NCBI GenBank assembly: GCA_016933055.1
Contig: JAFGBS010000014.1
Location: 1 to 32,000, forward strand
Source of the DNA: Promethearchaeota archaeon
Lineage (GTDB): Archaea > Asgardarchaeota > Lokiarchaeia > Sigyniarchaeales > Promethearchaeaceae
Direction: 5' to 3'
Length of the DNA stretch: 32,000 bases
Below, in pieces: positions 1 through 7,711 of this stretch; position 1 is the first letter of the stretch, and each line of letters opens with the position of its first letter. The position numbers and the translations under genes are program-made. The notes under the pieces are model-generated. The model was not told the DNA's origin. It did not search any database and was given only the letters and a program-made list of their open reading frames with translations.

Positions 1-857
1 GAGGCTTCGAGAAATCAACTTCTTAGTATAGGCTGGAAAAAAGAAGCGGATAAGCTTTTATCAGCTATTAATATGTATGAAAATTTCTATCAAAAGGATG
101 TTCTAGATAGAAAGAAGCTCCAGCTAATAGAAAAAATGGATGAACAGGAGAAAAAACGATTGCAAGAAACTATTCGTCTGCAAAAAGAAGAAGACGAACT
201 AAAGGAAATGGAACGGCTAAAAAAATTAACAGAAATAGAAAAAAAGAAAGCTTTAGAGGAGGAAATCAGCAAACAAGTATTTAAACAGATAGAAGAAATT
301 GAAAAGGAAGTAAAAGAATATAATGAACACCCTATAAATGAGAAAATCACTAGTGCAAGCCCCTATTTGCGTGCAAAAAATATATATCAGTCCGCTCGAG
401 ATGAGTTACTGAAGATTGGGTGGAAAATTGAAGCAGACAAATTGCTAACACCCATTTCAATGTATGAAAATCTCCATCATAAAGATCAAATGGAACGAGA
501 AAAACTTCATTTGATAAAGAAAAAGCAGATGGAAGAACAAAAAAAACTAGAAGAATCAATACGATCACAAACAGAAGAAGTAGAACGAAGAGAACAGGAA
601 AAACGACAGAAGTTAGAAGAGATAAGCAAAAAGAAAGAACAAGAAGACCAAATAAGCAAAGTCACATTCCAAGCGATTGAAGATATTGAAAAAGAAGTTA
701 AATTCTATAAGGAACACGCACTTGCAGAGCATTACGCTTTGGACTGTCCGTATTTGAGAGCTAAGAATGTATATGAGGCTTCGAGAAATCAACTTCTTAG
801 TATAGGCTGGAAAAAAGAAGCGGATAAGCTTTTATCAGCTATTAATATGTATGAAAA
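1..857 (+). repeat. Exact 83-nt intragenic direct repeat (copies at 1-83 and 775-857, offset 774 nt = 2 x 129 codons)
   Basis: The sequence from gaggcttcgagaaatcaac to attaatatgtatgaaaa is identical at both loci and diverges abruptly afterwards. Confidence 0.95.
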
Positions 858-3800
858 ATTGCTCTATACAGATGAAATAGAGCGAGGAAAATTCCTTGAA
901 AAACAAGAAAAAGAGAAAGAAGAGAAAAGAAAATTATACGAGTCTATTCAAATACAAAAAGAAGAACGAGAACGACAAGAACGAGAACGAATACGCGCAC
1001 TTAGGGAGCAAGAATTACAAAAACAACACGAAACAGACGTAAGTGAGAAAGCGTTTCAATTAATTGAAGATATTGAGAAAGACGTTACACATTATAGAGA
1101 GCGAGTGAAGATAGAAAACTATCATCTACCCTGCCCTTATGATCGAGCTATAGAAGTCTATAAAACTGCTCAGAAGATGCTCATGGAAATAGGCTGGAAA
1201 AAGGAAGCGGATAAACTCACCAATAGTATACGCGTATATGATAGATTATCTAATGAAGATTTGGAAATTCGGAACAAATTCAAAGCGAAATTAGAAAAAG
1301 AAAAAGAAGCAGAAAGAGAACTGCAGGAAACCATTCAAAGAGAAAAGGAACGTCTTTTATTGGAAGAAGAAAAAAGAAAAAGCGAATTGGAAAAATTTGA
1401 TAAGAAAAAAAGGGAAACCGAACAACTGCAGCAATCTGCATATGAAAAATTAGAAGCAGGAAACCGTTATATTCAAGAAAAAGAGTTTGACAAAGCTTCT
1501 GAAGAACTACAAGAAGCACTTAAACTCTTCAAGAAGATCAAATGGAAATCCGGTATTAAATTAACCGAAAATGCAATAAAATATAAGGAAAATGAACAAG
1601 AGAAATTTGAGCGTTTACTCCAGCACGAACGTCTCGCTTTGCAAGAAAAAGTGAAGAAAGAGCAAGAATTCCAAGAATTCTTAGAGGAACAAAGAAGAAT
1701 TAAAGATCAAGAAGAGCAGAATAGGAAATTGGAATTATTACGCATTGAAATGGCAAGTAAAAAAGTAAGTGAACAACAAGAAAGTGCATTCAATAAATTA
1801 GAAGAGGGAAATGATCTTGTTAAAATCCGTGAATTTGATAAAGCAAATAAACTCTACTTAGAAGCATTGAGCATTTTCCAAGATATTGGTTGGGTAGATG
1901 GTGTAGAGAAAACTAAACAATCTATTTCTCATAATCTAATTGAACAAGAACGCTATAAGCAACATCTGGAATTTCAGAAAAAGCAAGAACAAGAAAGACA
2001 AAAAGAAGAGCAAGAGTTAAACGAATTAATAAGAAAGAGGCAGGAATTAACACAATTGGAAGAACAAAAAAAGCGATTACAAATCGAACAGCAACATGAA
2101 CAAGCTGAGAAAATTAAACAAAGACAACAAGAAGCGCTTGAATTACTAGAACAAGGTAATGAAAAAACCACCCAAAATCTATTTGATGAAGCGGAAAAGG
2201 ACTTCAATCATGCGATGACAATATTCCAAGAAATAAAATGGAGTCATGGGATTAAGATCACCGAAGAAGTACTGAAACACAATGCTGAAGAAAGAAGTAG
2301 ATTCTTACAATTACAAAAGAGAGATGAAAAAGCACGCCTTGAGCAAATTAAGCAACAAAAAGAATTGGAACAGATGTTAGCTAAACAAAAATTAACGGCT
2401 CAACAGGAGGCACGACTAAAAGAGTTACAACAAGCTCAAGAAACGGAGAAAAAATTCCAAATTCAATCTATGCAAGAAGAAGCTATGCTATATTTAGAAA
2501 AAGGTAACGAAGCGATACAAATTAAGAAGTTCAATCAGGCTAATGCGCTTTTTGCTTCTGCTATGAAGATCTTCCAAGAAATGGGATGGCAAAAAGGAAT
2601 TGAAATGACGAATAGTGCCTTAGATTACAACCAAAAAGAATTGTTAAAATTCGAAAATGAAAGACTGCGAGAAGAGCAAAAGAAGCAAGAAGCTTTAAGA
2701 AGGCAAGAAGAAATTAACCAACTTATCAAGGAATCAAAAGCAGAAGAAATACAGAAGCAACTTGAATGGAAAAAGAAGTTGGAAGAGAAAACACAGCGTA
2801 TTGACGAAGAAAATAGCATAAAAGATCAAATTTTTGCACTACTTGAGAGAGGAAGTAAGCTTGCTGCGAAAAATGAATTTCTCTCTGCAATTGAGTTATA
2901 TAAAAAGACTATACCCCTATTTGAGAAAATCTCTTGGCCACTAAAACGGGATCAAGTAATTGATCTTATTGACTCTACTCAACAGGATTATGATAACTAT
3001 CGCAAGCATTTGGCAAAAGAGGAAGCAATACGGAAAAAACAGGCTGAAGAAGAAGAACAAATGAGATTGCTGATCCAAAGTGAACAAGAGAAGGAAAAAG
3101 CACGCCAGAAACTTATCCAACAGCAGCAATTTGAGCAGCAAGAACGTGATAAACGGAATGAAGAATTACGAAAAGAAGCGGCAGAAGAAATCAATAAGGC
3201 AAGCGTGATGCTAGAACGGCGAAAATTTGAAAACGCTATAGAAAGCTTGAATATTGCTCTTTCAAATTTCAAAAAACTCGGTTGGGATAAAGAGGCAAAA
3301 GTTACCGAAGAAAGAATTGCTGAAGTGAACAAGCAAAGACGAGAAACCTACAAACCCATTGATCGTGAAGAATCAGCGAGTGATATGGAAATTTCTGAAC
3401 AAGGGTATGGCCAAATAGAAGAGGCAGATAAATTCATACGACAAAAAAAATATCGAAAAGCACTTCCCTACTTAGAGGAGGCTGCACGATTGTTTGAAAA
3501 AATTCAGTGGACCAAAGCTATTAAGATGGTTGAACGTCGAATTCGTGAAACGGAAAAATTAATCACAGAAAAAGAGGAACTAATTGAAAAATTACGTTCT
3601 CGTCGCTCTCGAAAAACAGAAAAAGAAGCATACCAGCTTTTGGAAAAAGTAGATAAATTTCGACGAGAAAATCATTATGATTATGCATTAACTTCTGCAA
3701 AAGAAGCTCAAAGAATATTCCAGGATTTGAAATGGGAAAAAGAAGCAGCTGAATTAGATAAATTGATTCATACTATTGAAAAGGAGAATGAGGAACAGAA

Positions 3801-3939
3801 AGTAGTACGGACCCAGGAACAAAGCGAAAGAATGGAAAAAATTAAGGTAGAGGAAGAAGAAGAAAGAAAGATTCAAGAAATAATCGAGGAGAGACGAAGA
3901 AGGAGGAGAGAGACCCGCCAGAAACTCAAGGATGAATAA
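1..3939 (+). CDS. Giant (>1312 aa, 5'-truncated by the window) E/K/Q/R-rich tandem-repeat protein: TPR-like helical hairpins separated by charged helical or coiled-coil linkers
   Basis: Frame +1 is open from base 1 (EASRNQLLSIGWKKEADKLLSAINMYEN), so the ATG at 73 is internal. Twelve Trp-anchored units (W codons at 34, 421, 808, 1195, 1543, 1891, 2239, 2587, 2935, 3283, 3508, 3733). Stop TAA at 3937-3939. Confidence 0.85.
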   Translation, partial: EASRNQLLSIGWKKEADKLLSAINMYENFYQKDVLDRKKLQLIEKMDEQEKKRLQETIRLQKEEDELKEMERLKKLTEIEKKKALEEEISKQVFKQIEEIEKEVKEYNEHPINEKITSASPYLRAKNIYQSARDELLKIGWKIEADKLLTPISMYENLHHKDQMEREKLHLIKKKQMEEQKKLEESIRSQTEEVERREQEKRQKLEEISKKKEQEDQISKVTFQAIEDIEKEVKFYKEHALAEHYALDCPYLRAKNVYEASRNQLLSIGWKKEADKLLSAINMYEKLLYTDEIERGKFLEKQEKEKEEKRKLYESIQIQKEERERQERERIRALREQELQKQHETDVSEKAFQLIEDIEKDVTHYRERVKIENYHLPCPYDRAIEVYKTAQKMLMEIGWKKEADKLTNSIRVYDRLSNEDLEIRNKFKAKLEKEKEAERELQETIQREKERLLLEEEKRKSELEKFDKKKRETEQLQQSAYEKLEAGNRYIQEKEFDKASEELQEALKLFKKIKWKSGIKLTENAIKYKENEQEKFERLLQHERLALQEKVKKEQEFQEFLEEQRRIKDQEEQNRKLELLRIEMASKKVSEQQESAFNKLEEGNDLVKIREFDKANKLYLEALSIFQDIGWVDGVEKTKQSISHNLIEQERYKQHLEFQKKQEQERQKEEQELNELIRKRQELTQLEEQKKRLQIEQQHEQAEKIKQRQQEALELLEQGNEKTTQNLFDEAEKDFNHAMTIFQEIKWSHGIKITEEVLKHNAEERSRFLQLQKRDEKARLEQIKQQKELEQMLAKQKLTAQQEARLKELQQAQETEKKFQIQSMQEEAMLYLEKGNEAIQIKKFNQANALFASAMKIFQEMGWQKGIEMTNSALDYNQKELLKFENERLREEQKKQEALRRQEEINQLIKESKAEEIQKQLEWKKKLEEKTQRIDEENSIKDQIFALLERGSKLAAKNEFLSAIELYKKTIPLFEKISWPLKRDQVIDLIDSTQQDYDNYRKHLAKEEAIRKKQAEEEEQMRLLIQSEQEKEKARQKLIQQQQFEQQERDKRNEELRKEAAEEINKASVMLERRKFENAIESLNIALSNFKKLGWDKEAKVTEERIAEVNKQRRETYKPIDREESASDMEISEQGYGQIEEADKFIRQKKYRKALPYLEEAARLFEKIQWTKAIKMVERRIRETEKLITEKEELIEKLRSRRSRKTEKEAYQLLEKVDKFRRENHYDYALTSAKEAQRIFQDLKWEKEAAELDKLIHTIEKENEEQKVVRTQEQSERMEKIKVEEEEERKIQEIIEERRRRRRETRQKLKDE

Positions 3940-4107
3940 TTAATTGTCCTTATTGCCTTTCTCTATTGGGATTACTAATTCATTTCGTATAAGATCTCGA
4001 ATAGCAACCCTTATAGCTTCAGATCTGCTGGGAAAGTGTCCATCATCAACTAATGATTCTAACGCCGTTAAATATCGTTCTGGTATATGAACAGTGATCA
4101 TTTTCAT
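3940..4107 (-). CDS. CopG/Arc/MetJ ribbon-helix-helix transcriptional regulator (55 aa), CdrS-like
   Basis: Not in the ORF track. Manual translation gives MKMITVHIPERYLTALESLVDDGHFPSRSEAIRVAIRDLIRNELVIPIEKGNKDN: alternating beta-strand ITVHI plus the FPSRSEAIR helix-2 motif. SD-like GAGGA lies upstream on the minus strand. Confidence 0.85.
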   Translation of the reverse strand: MKMITVHIPERYLTALESLVDDGHFPSRSEAIRVAIRDLIRNELVIPIEKGNKDN

Positions 4108-4142
4108 TATAGATCATCCTCAAATAGACTTTTTTGTATGTA

Positions 4143-4223
4143 AATATGTATACCCACATATATACCTAAATACATATTGAGATAATACCACCGTCAATGC
4201 CGCTAGCCAATGCCATTGGCTAG
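4143..4223. promoter_or_regulatory. Candidate operator palindromes in the divergent promoter region
   Basis: Perfect 10-bp inverted repeat CTAGCCAATG-C-CATTGGCTAG (4203-4223); 9-bp inverted repeat AATATGTAT (4143-4151) / ATACATATT (4170-4178); TATACC repeated at 4149 and 4161. Confidence 0.4.
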
Positions 4224-4296
4224 TAGTAAAATTTTTCAATTATTGATTATAATGGATGCACGGATATTTAGAAAACACACATAAAATGACGAAAAA

Positions 4297-4617
4297 ATGA
4301 AAGAACAACTTCAAAAACACCTTAAAGATGGTGAACCGTGGGAAAAAATGATTACGGATATTCCAGGGGTTTTTATTGTCCGAGTTCCTGGACCAAAAAC
4401 TAATCCCAAAAATGCACGATTAATGCTTGAGATCAATCCTGTGGATGAGGATGGAAAACCCAAAAAAAGAAAAGGATTATTTTTATCTGATCGAGAAACC
4501 TACATTCAGTATTTTGAATTACTTAGTGATGACCGAATCAATAAAATTCTACTGACTTTAGAAGAAGTAAATCCGAAAAATCAGTCCAAATCGATGAAGA
4601 AACTAAAAATTGAATAA
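4297..4617 (+). CDS. Hypothetical protein, 106 aa
   Basis: Clean ORF with globular-looking composition (PGVFIVRVP, LEINP, KKRKGLF). No family recognised with certainty. Confidence 0.7.
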   Translation: MKEQLQKHLKDGEPWEKMITDIPGVFIVRVPGPKTNPKNARLMLEINPVDEDGKPKKRKGLFLSDRETYIQYFELLSDDRINKILLTLEEVNPKNQSKSMKKLKIE

Positions 4618-4734
4618 GACATTTTCTATTGCATAAATTTTCAAAAAATTAAAATTCTATCTATTATTTGAGATCGACATATAATTTAGATTGAATAACT
4701 GAAGGAATCCAAATATTTGACGTAAGGTGGAAAA

Positions 4735-5088
4735 ATGCCAGCTCCAACAGGTCCAAGTAATAGCATTACAAGAAAACTCATCCGATCTTTATGGAAAACC
4801 AACACAGGAATTTGGAGAAGAATCTCTGAGATATTATCAAAGTCTTCTCGTGATCGACCAGAGATAAATTTGTACCGTTTGAACAAATTAACAAAAACCG
4901 ACGATATAGTAGTGGTACCTGGAAAAGTACTGGGTGCTGGTACTCTAGATCACCCCATTACAATTGGATCACTTATGATTTCTCAACTCGCATTAAAGAA
5001 GTTGACCGAGTCCAAAGGAAAATTCATGACAATCGAAGAAATGATGAAGAAATACAAAAAAGGGAGTAACATAAAAATACTGATTTAG
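4735..5088 (+). CDS. rpl18e: 50S ribosomal protein eL18 (L18e)
   Basis: IWRRISEILSKSSR...INLYRLNK, VVVPGKVLGAG motifs; SD AGGTGG at 4725-4730. Confidence 0.95.
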   Translation: MPAPTGPSNSITRKLIRSLWKTNTGIWRRISEILSKSSRDRPEINLYRLNKLTKTDDIVVVPGKVLGAGTLDHPITIGSLMISQLALKKLTESKGKFMTIEEMMKKYKKGSNIKILI

Positions 5089-5098
5089 GTGACGATCT

Positions 5099-5560
5099 TT
5101 GACTAAATGGAAGAAATTGGATGCAACTGGCTTGATATTAGGAAGGTTATGTAGTATAATCGCAAAACGTGCTTTAATGGGTGAGAAAATAGTAATCACG
5201 AATGCAAAATTCGCCGAAATTTCTGGAAATCGAGGTCAAATTATTGAACGCTATCAGCATTATAAATCGATAAAAACTGCTTCTAATCCGAAAAAAGGAC
5301 CATTTCGCGTAGGTATCCGACCGGACATATTCGTTCGAAAAACTATTAGGGGAATGTTACCAAAAAATGATCGCGGTAAACAAGCATTAGGAAATATCCA
5401 TGTATATATTACCGGAATTCCCGAAGATAAAAATCAATATGGTGAATGCGAAGATTTTACTCTTGGAAAAAAATATCAAGCATTTAATCTTGGAAGGAAA
5501 TCAGTTTCCGTGGAAGATCTATGTAAAGTAATTGGTTGGAATCAAGGAGGGTTATCATAA
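5099..5560 (+). CDS. rpl13: 50S ribosomal protein uL13 (TTG start)
   Basis: LDATGLILGRLCSIIAK, RPDIFVRKTIRGMLPK; SD AGGTGA at 5087-5092 supports the TTG start at 5099. Confidence 0.95.
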   Translation: MTKWKKLDATGLILGRLCSIIAKRALMGEKIVITNAKFAEISGNRGQIIERYQHYKSIKTASNPKKGPFRVGIRPDIFVRKTIRGMLPKNDRGKQALGNIHVYITGIPEDKNQYGECEDFTLGKKYQAFNLGRKSVSVEDLCKVIGWNQGGLS

Positions 5561-5961
5561 TGAAAGTAGTTCAAGAAACGGGGAAGCGAAAGAGAGCTGT
5601 TGCTCGGGCTACATTAAAGCCTGGAACGGGATTAGTCAGAATAAATAGTGTTCCAATAGAACGATATCAACCTGAAATCGCCCAAATGAAGTTAAAAGAG
5701 GTATTCCTTATAATTAAAGATCCCAAATTAAAAGATGTGGATATAAATGTGAGAGTATACGGTGGCGGTGTTATAGGAAGAGCAGATGCGGCTCGAATGG
5801 CGATTACACGAATTATAAACAAATATTTGGGTAAAAAAAGAGTTACAAAAGCCATTAGAGAATATGATAAGTCCATGCTTTCGGGTGACAAACGTAGAAT
5901 AGAACCCAAAAAGTGGGGTGGACCCAAAGCTCGGGCAAGAGTACAGAAATCCTACCGATAA
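5560..5961 (+). CDS. rps9: 30S ribosomal protein uS9
   Basis: TGKRKRAVARA, VYGGGVIGRADAARMAI, RRIEPKKWGGPKARARVQKSYR. The true start is probably the ATG at 5560 overlapping the rpl13 stop (TAATG), with SD GGAGG at 5546-5550, rather than 5536. Confidence 0.96.
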   Translation: MKVVQETGKRKRAVARATLKPGTGLVRINSVPIERYQPEIAQMKLKEVFLIIKDPKLKDVDINVRVYGGGVIGRADAARMAITRIINKYLGKKRVTKAIREYDKSMLSGDKRRIEPKKWGGPKARARVQKSYR

Positions 5962-5986
5962 TCTCATTGATTCATTTTCTTATATG

Positions 5987-7624
5987 TTATTTTAATATTC
6001 CTTCTTCAATTAAATCCAATACACGAGACAATACATCCGATTCTGATATATAACCATCCCAAGTTTTAGATAGTTGAACAAGAATTTGATCAATAGTCAT
6101 CATAGATTCTTTTCGTACGGTTTCGACTATTAAACTCTCCAGTGTAGTCAACAATGCCTTTTTCTGATTGTAAACTACATCAGATAATGTGAATATACGA
6201 TCATAAGGGATATTCTCCGGAAAAGGATTGAAATATTGATAGAATAATTTATCTATGTGTGGTTTTATTCCCATAAGATCGATAACTCGTTGTTCGAACA
6301 CATCCTTGAATTCATTTTCAATTACTTGGATGAATTCTTTGGTTTTTTGAAGGTAAATTTTTTCAGGATGCTTTTTGAACCGTAGTATTGTCTTGACACC
6401 TGAGTTACCAGTTCCAATAATCGCATGCAAATTCCCAAAATCTAAATAATCCACTTCTTGTATTTTCTTAAATCGTAAAAATCGATCACGTACTATTTCC
6501 ATAGTTTGCATTAAACCAGAGAAAATCGTTATTTCATTTGAATCGCTTTTTGTACGGGTATATAAATGCCTTCCTATATGAAGAATAATGAGATCTTGTA
6601 AATTATCATAAGTTATATATTCAGAATTAGGATTGTGATATGAAATACTTTCAATTTGATTATTTCGTTTCAATATTGCTAATATTTTCTTACTTTCAAC
6701 GATAGAATTGCCTAATGCTAAAAGATTAACCAGATTGGGTTCAAAATTCATTTGAAGGCATTTCTTTATTTGCTCATTGGATTCTTGAGTTAAAATATCT
6801 AATTCTTCCTTGGGGAGATCATCCAGATTAATACTTTGTTCCCAAAATTCCATTAAGGTTTTCGATTCAGAATTATTTAATCCCCAAATCAACTCCAACG
6901 AACGTCTTGTAATAGTGAATTTATTTAAATGTTCAAATTCAGTGAGGTAATATATTCCTAGTTCAATCGAATAATGTTCCTCTTTCATGTCGTTAAGATG
7001 ATGGTGTAATTTTGACAACATTCTATCGATTGTTAAAGGACTATATTCCTTAGGAACCCATTTTTTTGAGCATTCTAAAAGCTCCGGTAACCTCCGAAAA
7101 AAAATACTTTCATTTTCCGTCTCATTTATATCAAAATAAAAGGTGTTAATCCCAAACACTTTGTTAAAGAGTTTTTTTAGATGTAGGTTGTAAAAGAATT
7201 TACTAAGTTCCCTGCGAGGAGTATCACCATTATAATTCATCCCGATTAGAAGTAATGGTATATATGACCTTCGGATTTGGCTGATTTTCGAAAAAAATTC
7301 CTTGCATTCATCAGAAAGAGTGATATTTGTATTATCACACACCATAATGATAGCATCTGCTTCTCGAAATTCCTTTTTGGGAGTTATTATCGTAGAAAGA
7401 AGCAATGGTTGTATCAAATAAATTCGTAATTTATATTTGCACTGTCCAAGCAACTTCTTACGAGTAAATTTCTCATTGGGAAATTCGAAATATACTAAGG
7501 CAGTTTTCCCAGGTGTAGATTGGAATCCTAAATAGTTTCGAAACTTCGATACAGCTTCTTGATCCCCACACAGCAAGATATTATAGGAGTCCATTTTACT
7601 CATAGTACTTTCTAAATATCTCAT
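5987..7624 (-). CDS. Multidomain protein: degenerate small-GTPase-like N-terminal domain, longin-like domain and probable C-terminal winged helix
   Basis: N-terminal pattern NILLCGD...FREADAIIMVCD...IPLLLIG follows the Rab/Roc fold with G1, G3 and G4 motifs lost. Residues ~342-450 (LIILHIGRHLY...IFSGLMQTM...IQEVDYLDFGN...FIQVIENEF) fit a longin-like pattern. Ends with LDLIEEGILK. The start may be 7603 or 7594. Confidence 0.6.
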   Translation of the reverse strand: MRYLESTMSKMDSYNILLCGDQEAVSKFRNYLGFQSTPGKTALVYFEFPNEKFTRKKLLGQCKYKLRIYLIQPLLLSTIITPKKEFREADAIIMVCDNTNITLSDECKEFFSKISQIRRSYIPLLLIGMNYNGDTPRRELSKFFYNLHLKKLFNKVFGINTFYFDINETENESIFFRRLPELLECSKKWVPKEYSPLTIDRMLSKLHHHLNDMKEEHYSIELGIYYLTEFEHLNKFTITRRSLELIWGLNNSESKTLMEFWEQSINLDDLPKEELDILTQESNEQIKKCLQMNFEPNLVNLLALGNSIVESKKILAILKRNNQIESISYHNPNSEYITYDNLQDLIILHIGRHLYTRTKSDSNEITIFSGLMQTMEIVRDRFLRFKKIQEVDYLDFGNLHAIIGTGNSGVKTILRFKKHPEKIYLQKTKEFIQVIENEFKDVFEQRVIDLMGIKPHIDKLFYQYFNPFPENIPYDRIFTLSDVVYNQKKALLTTLESLIVETVRKESMMTIDQILVQLSKTWDGYISESDVLSRVLDLIEEGILK

Positions 7625-7711
7625 AAAAATTCACTTAGTTAAGTCTTAGCTCCAAAAATATAGTCACAAAAATTCCAATAAATTTTGAATGGGAGTTATC
7701 GATTTTTATGT

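Noticed and set aside
73-75. ATG at 73 as the start of the giant protein
   Set aside because: The frame is open from base 1 and residues 1-24 belong to the repeat.
90-3332. Minus-strand F/S/L/C-rich ORFs (90-350, 350-568, 1280-1519, 1974-2207, 2625-2819, 2941-3141, 2997-3332)
   Set aside because: Antisense shadows of the GAA/AAA/CAA-rich repeat gene, with no independent motifs.
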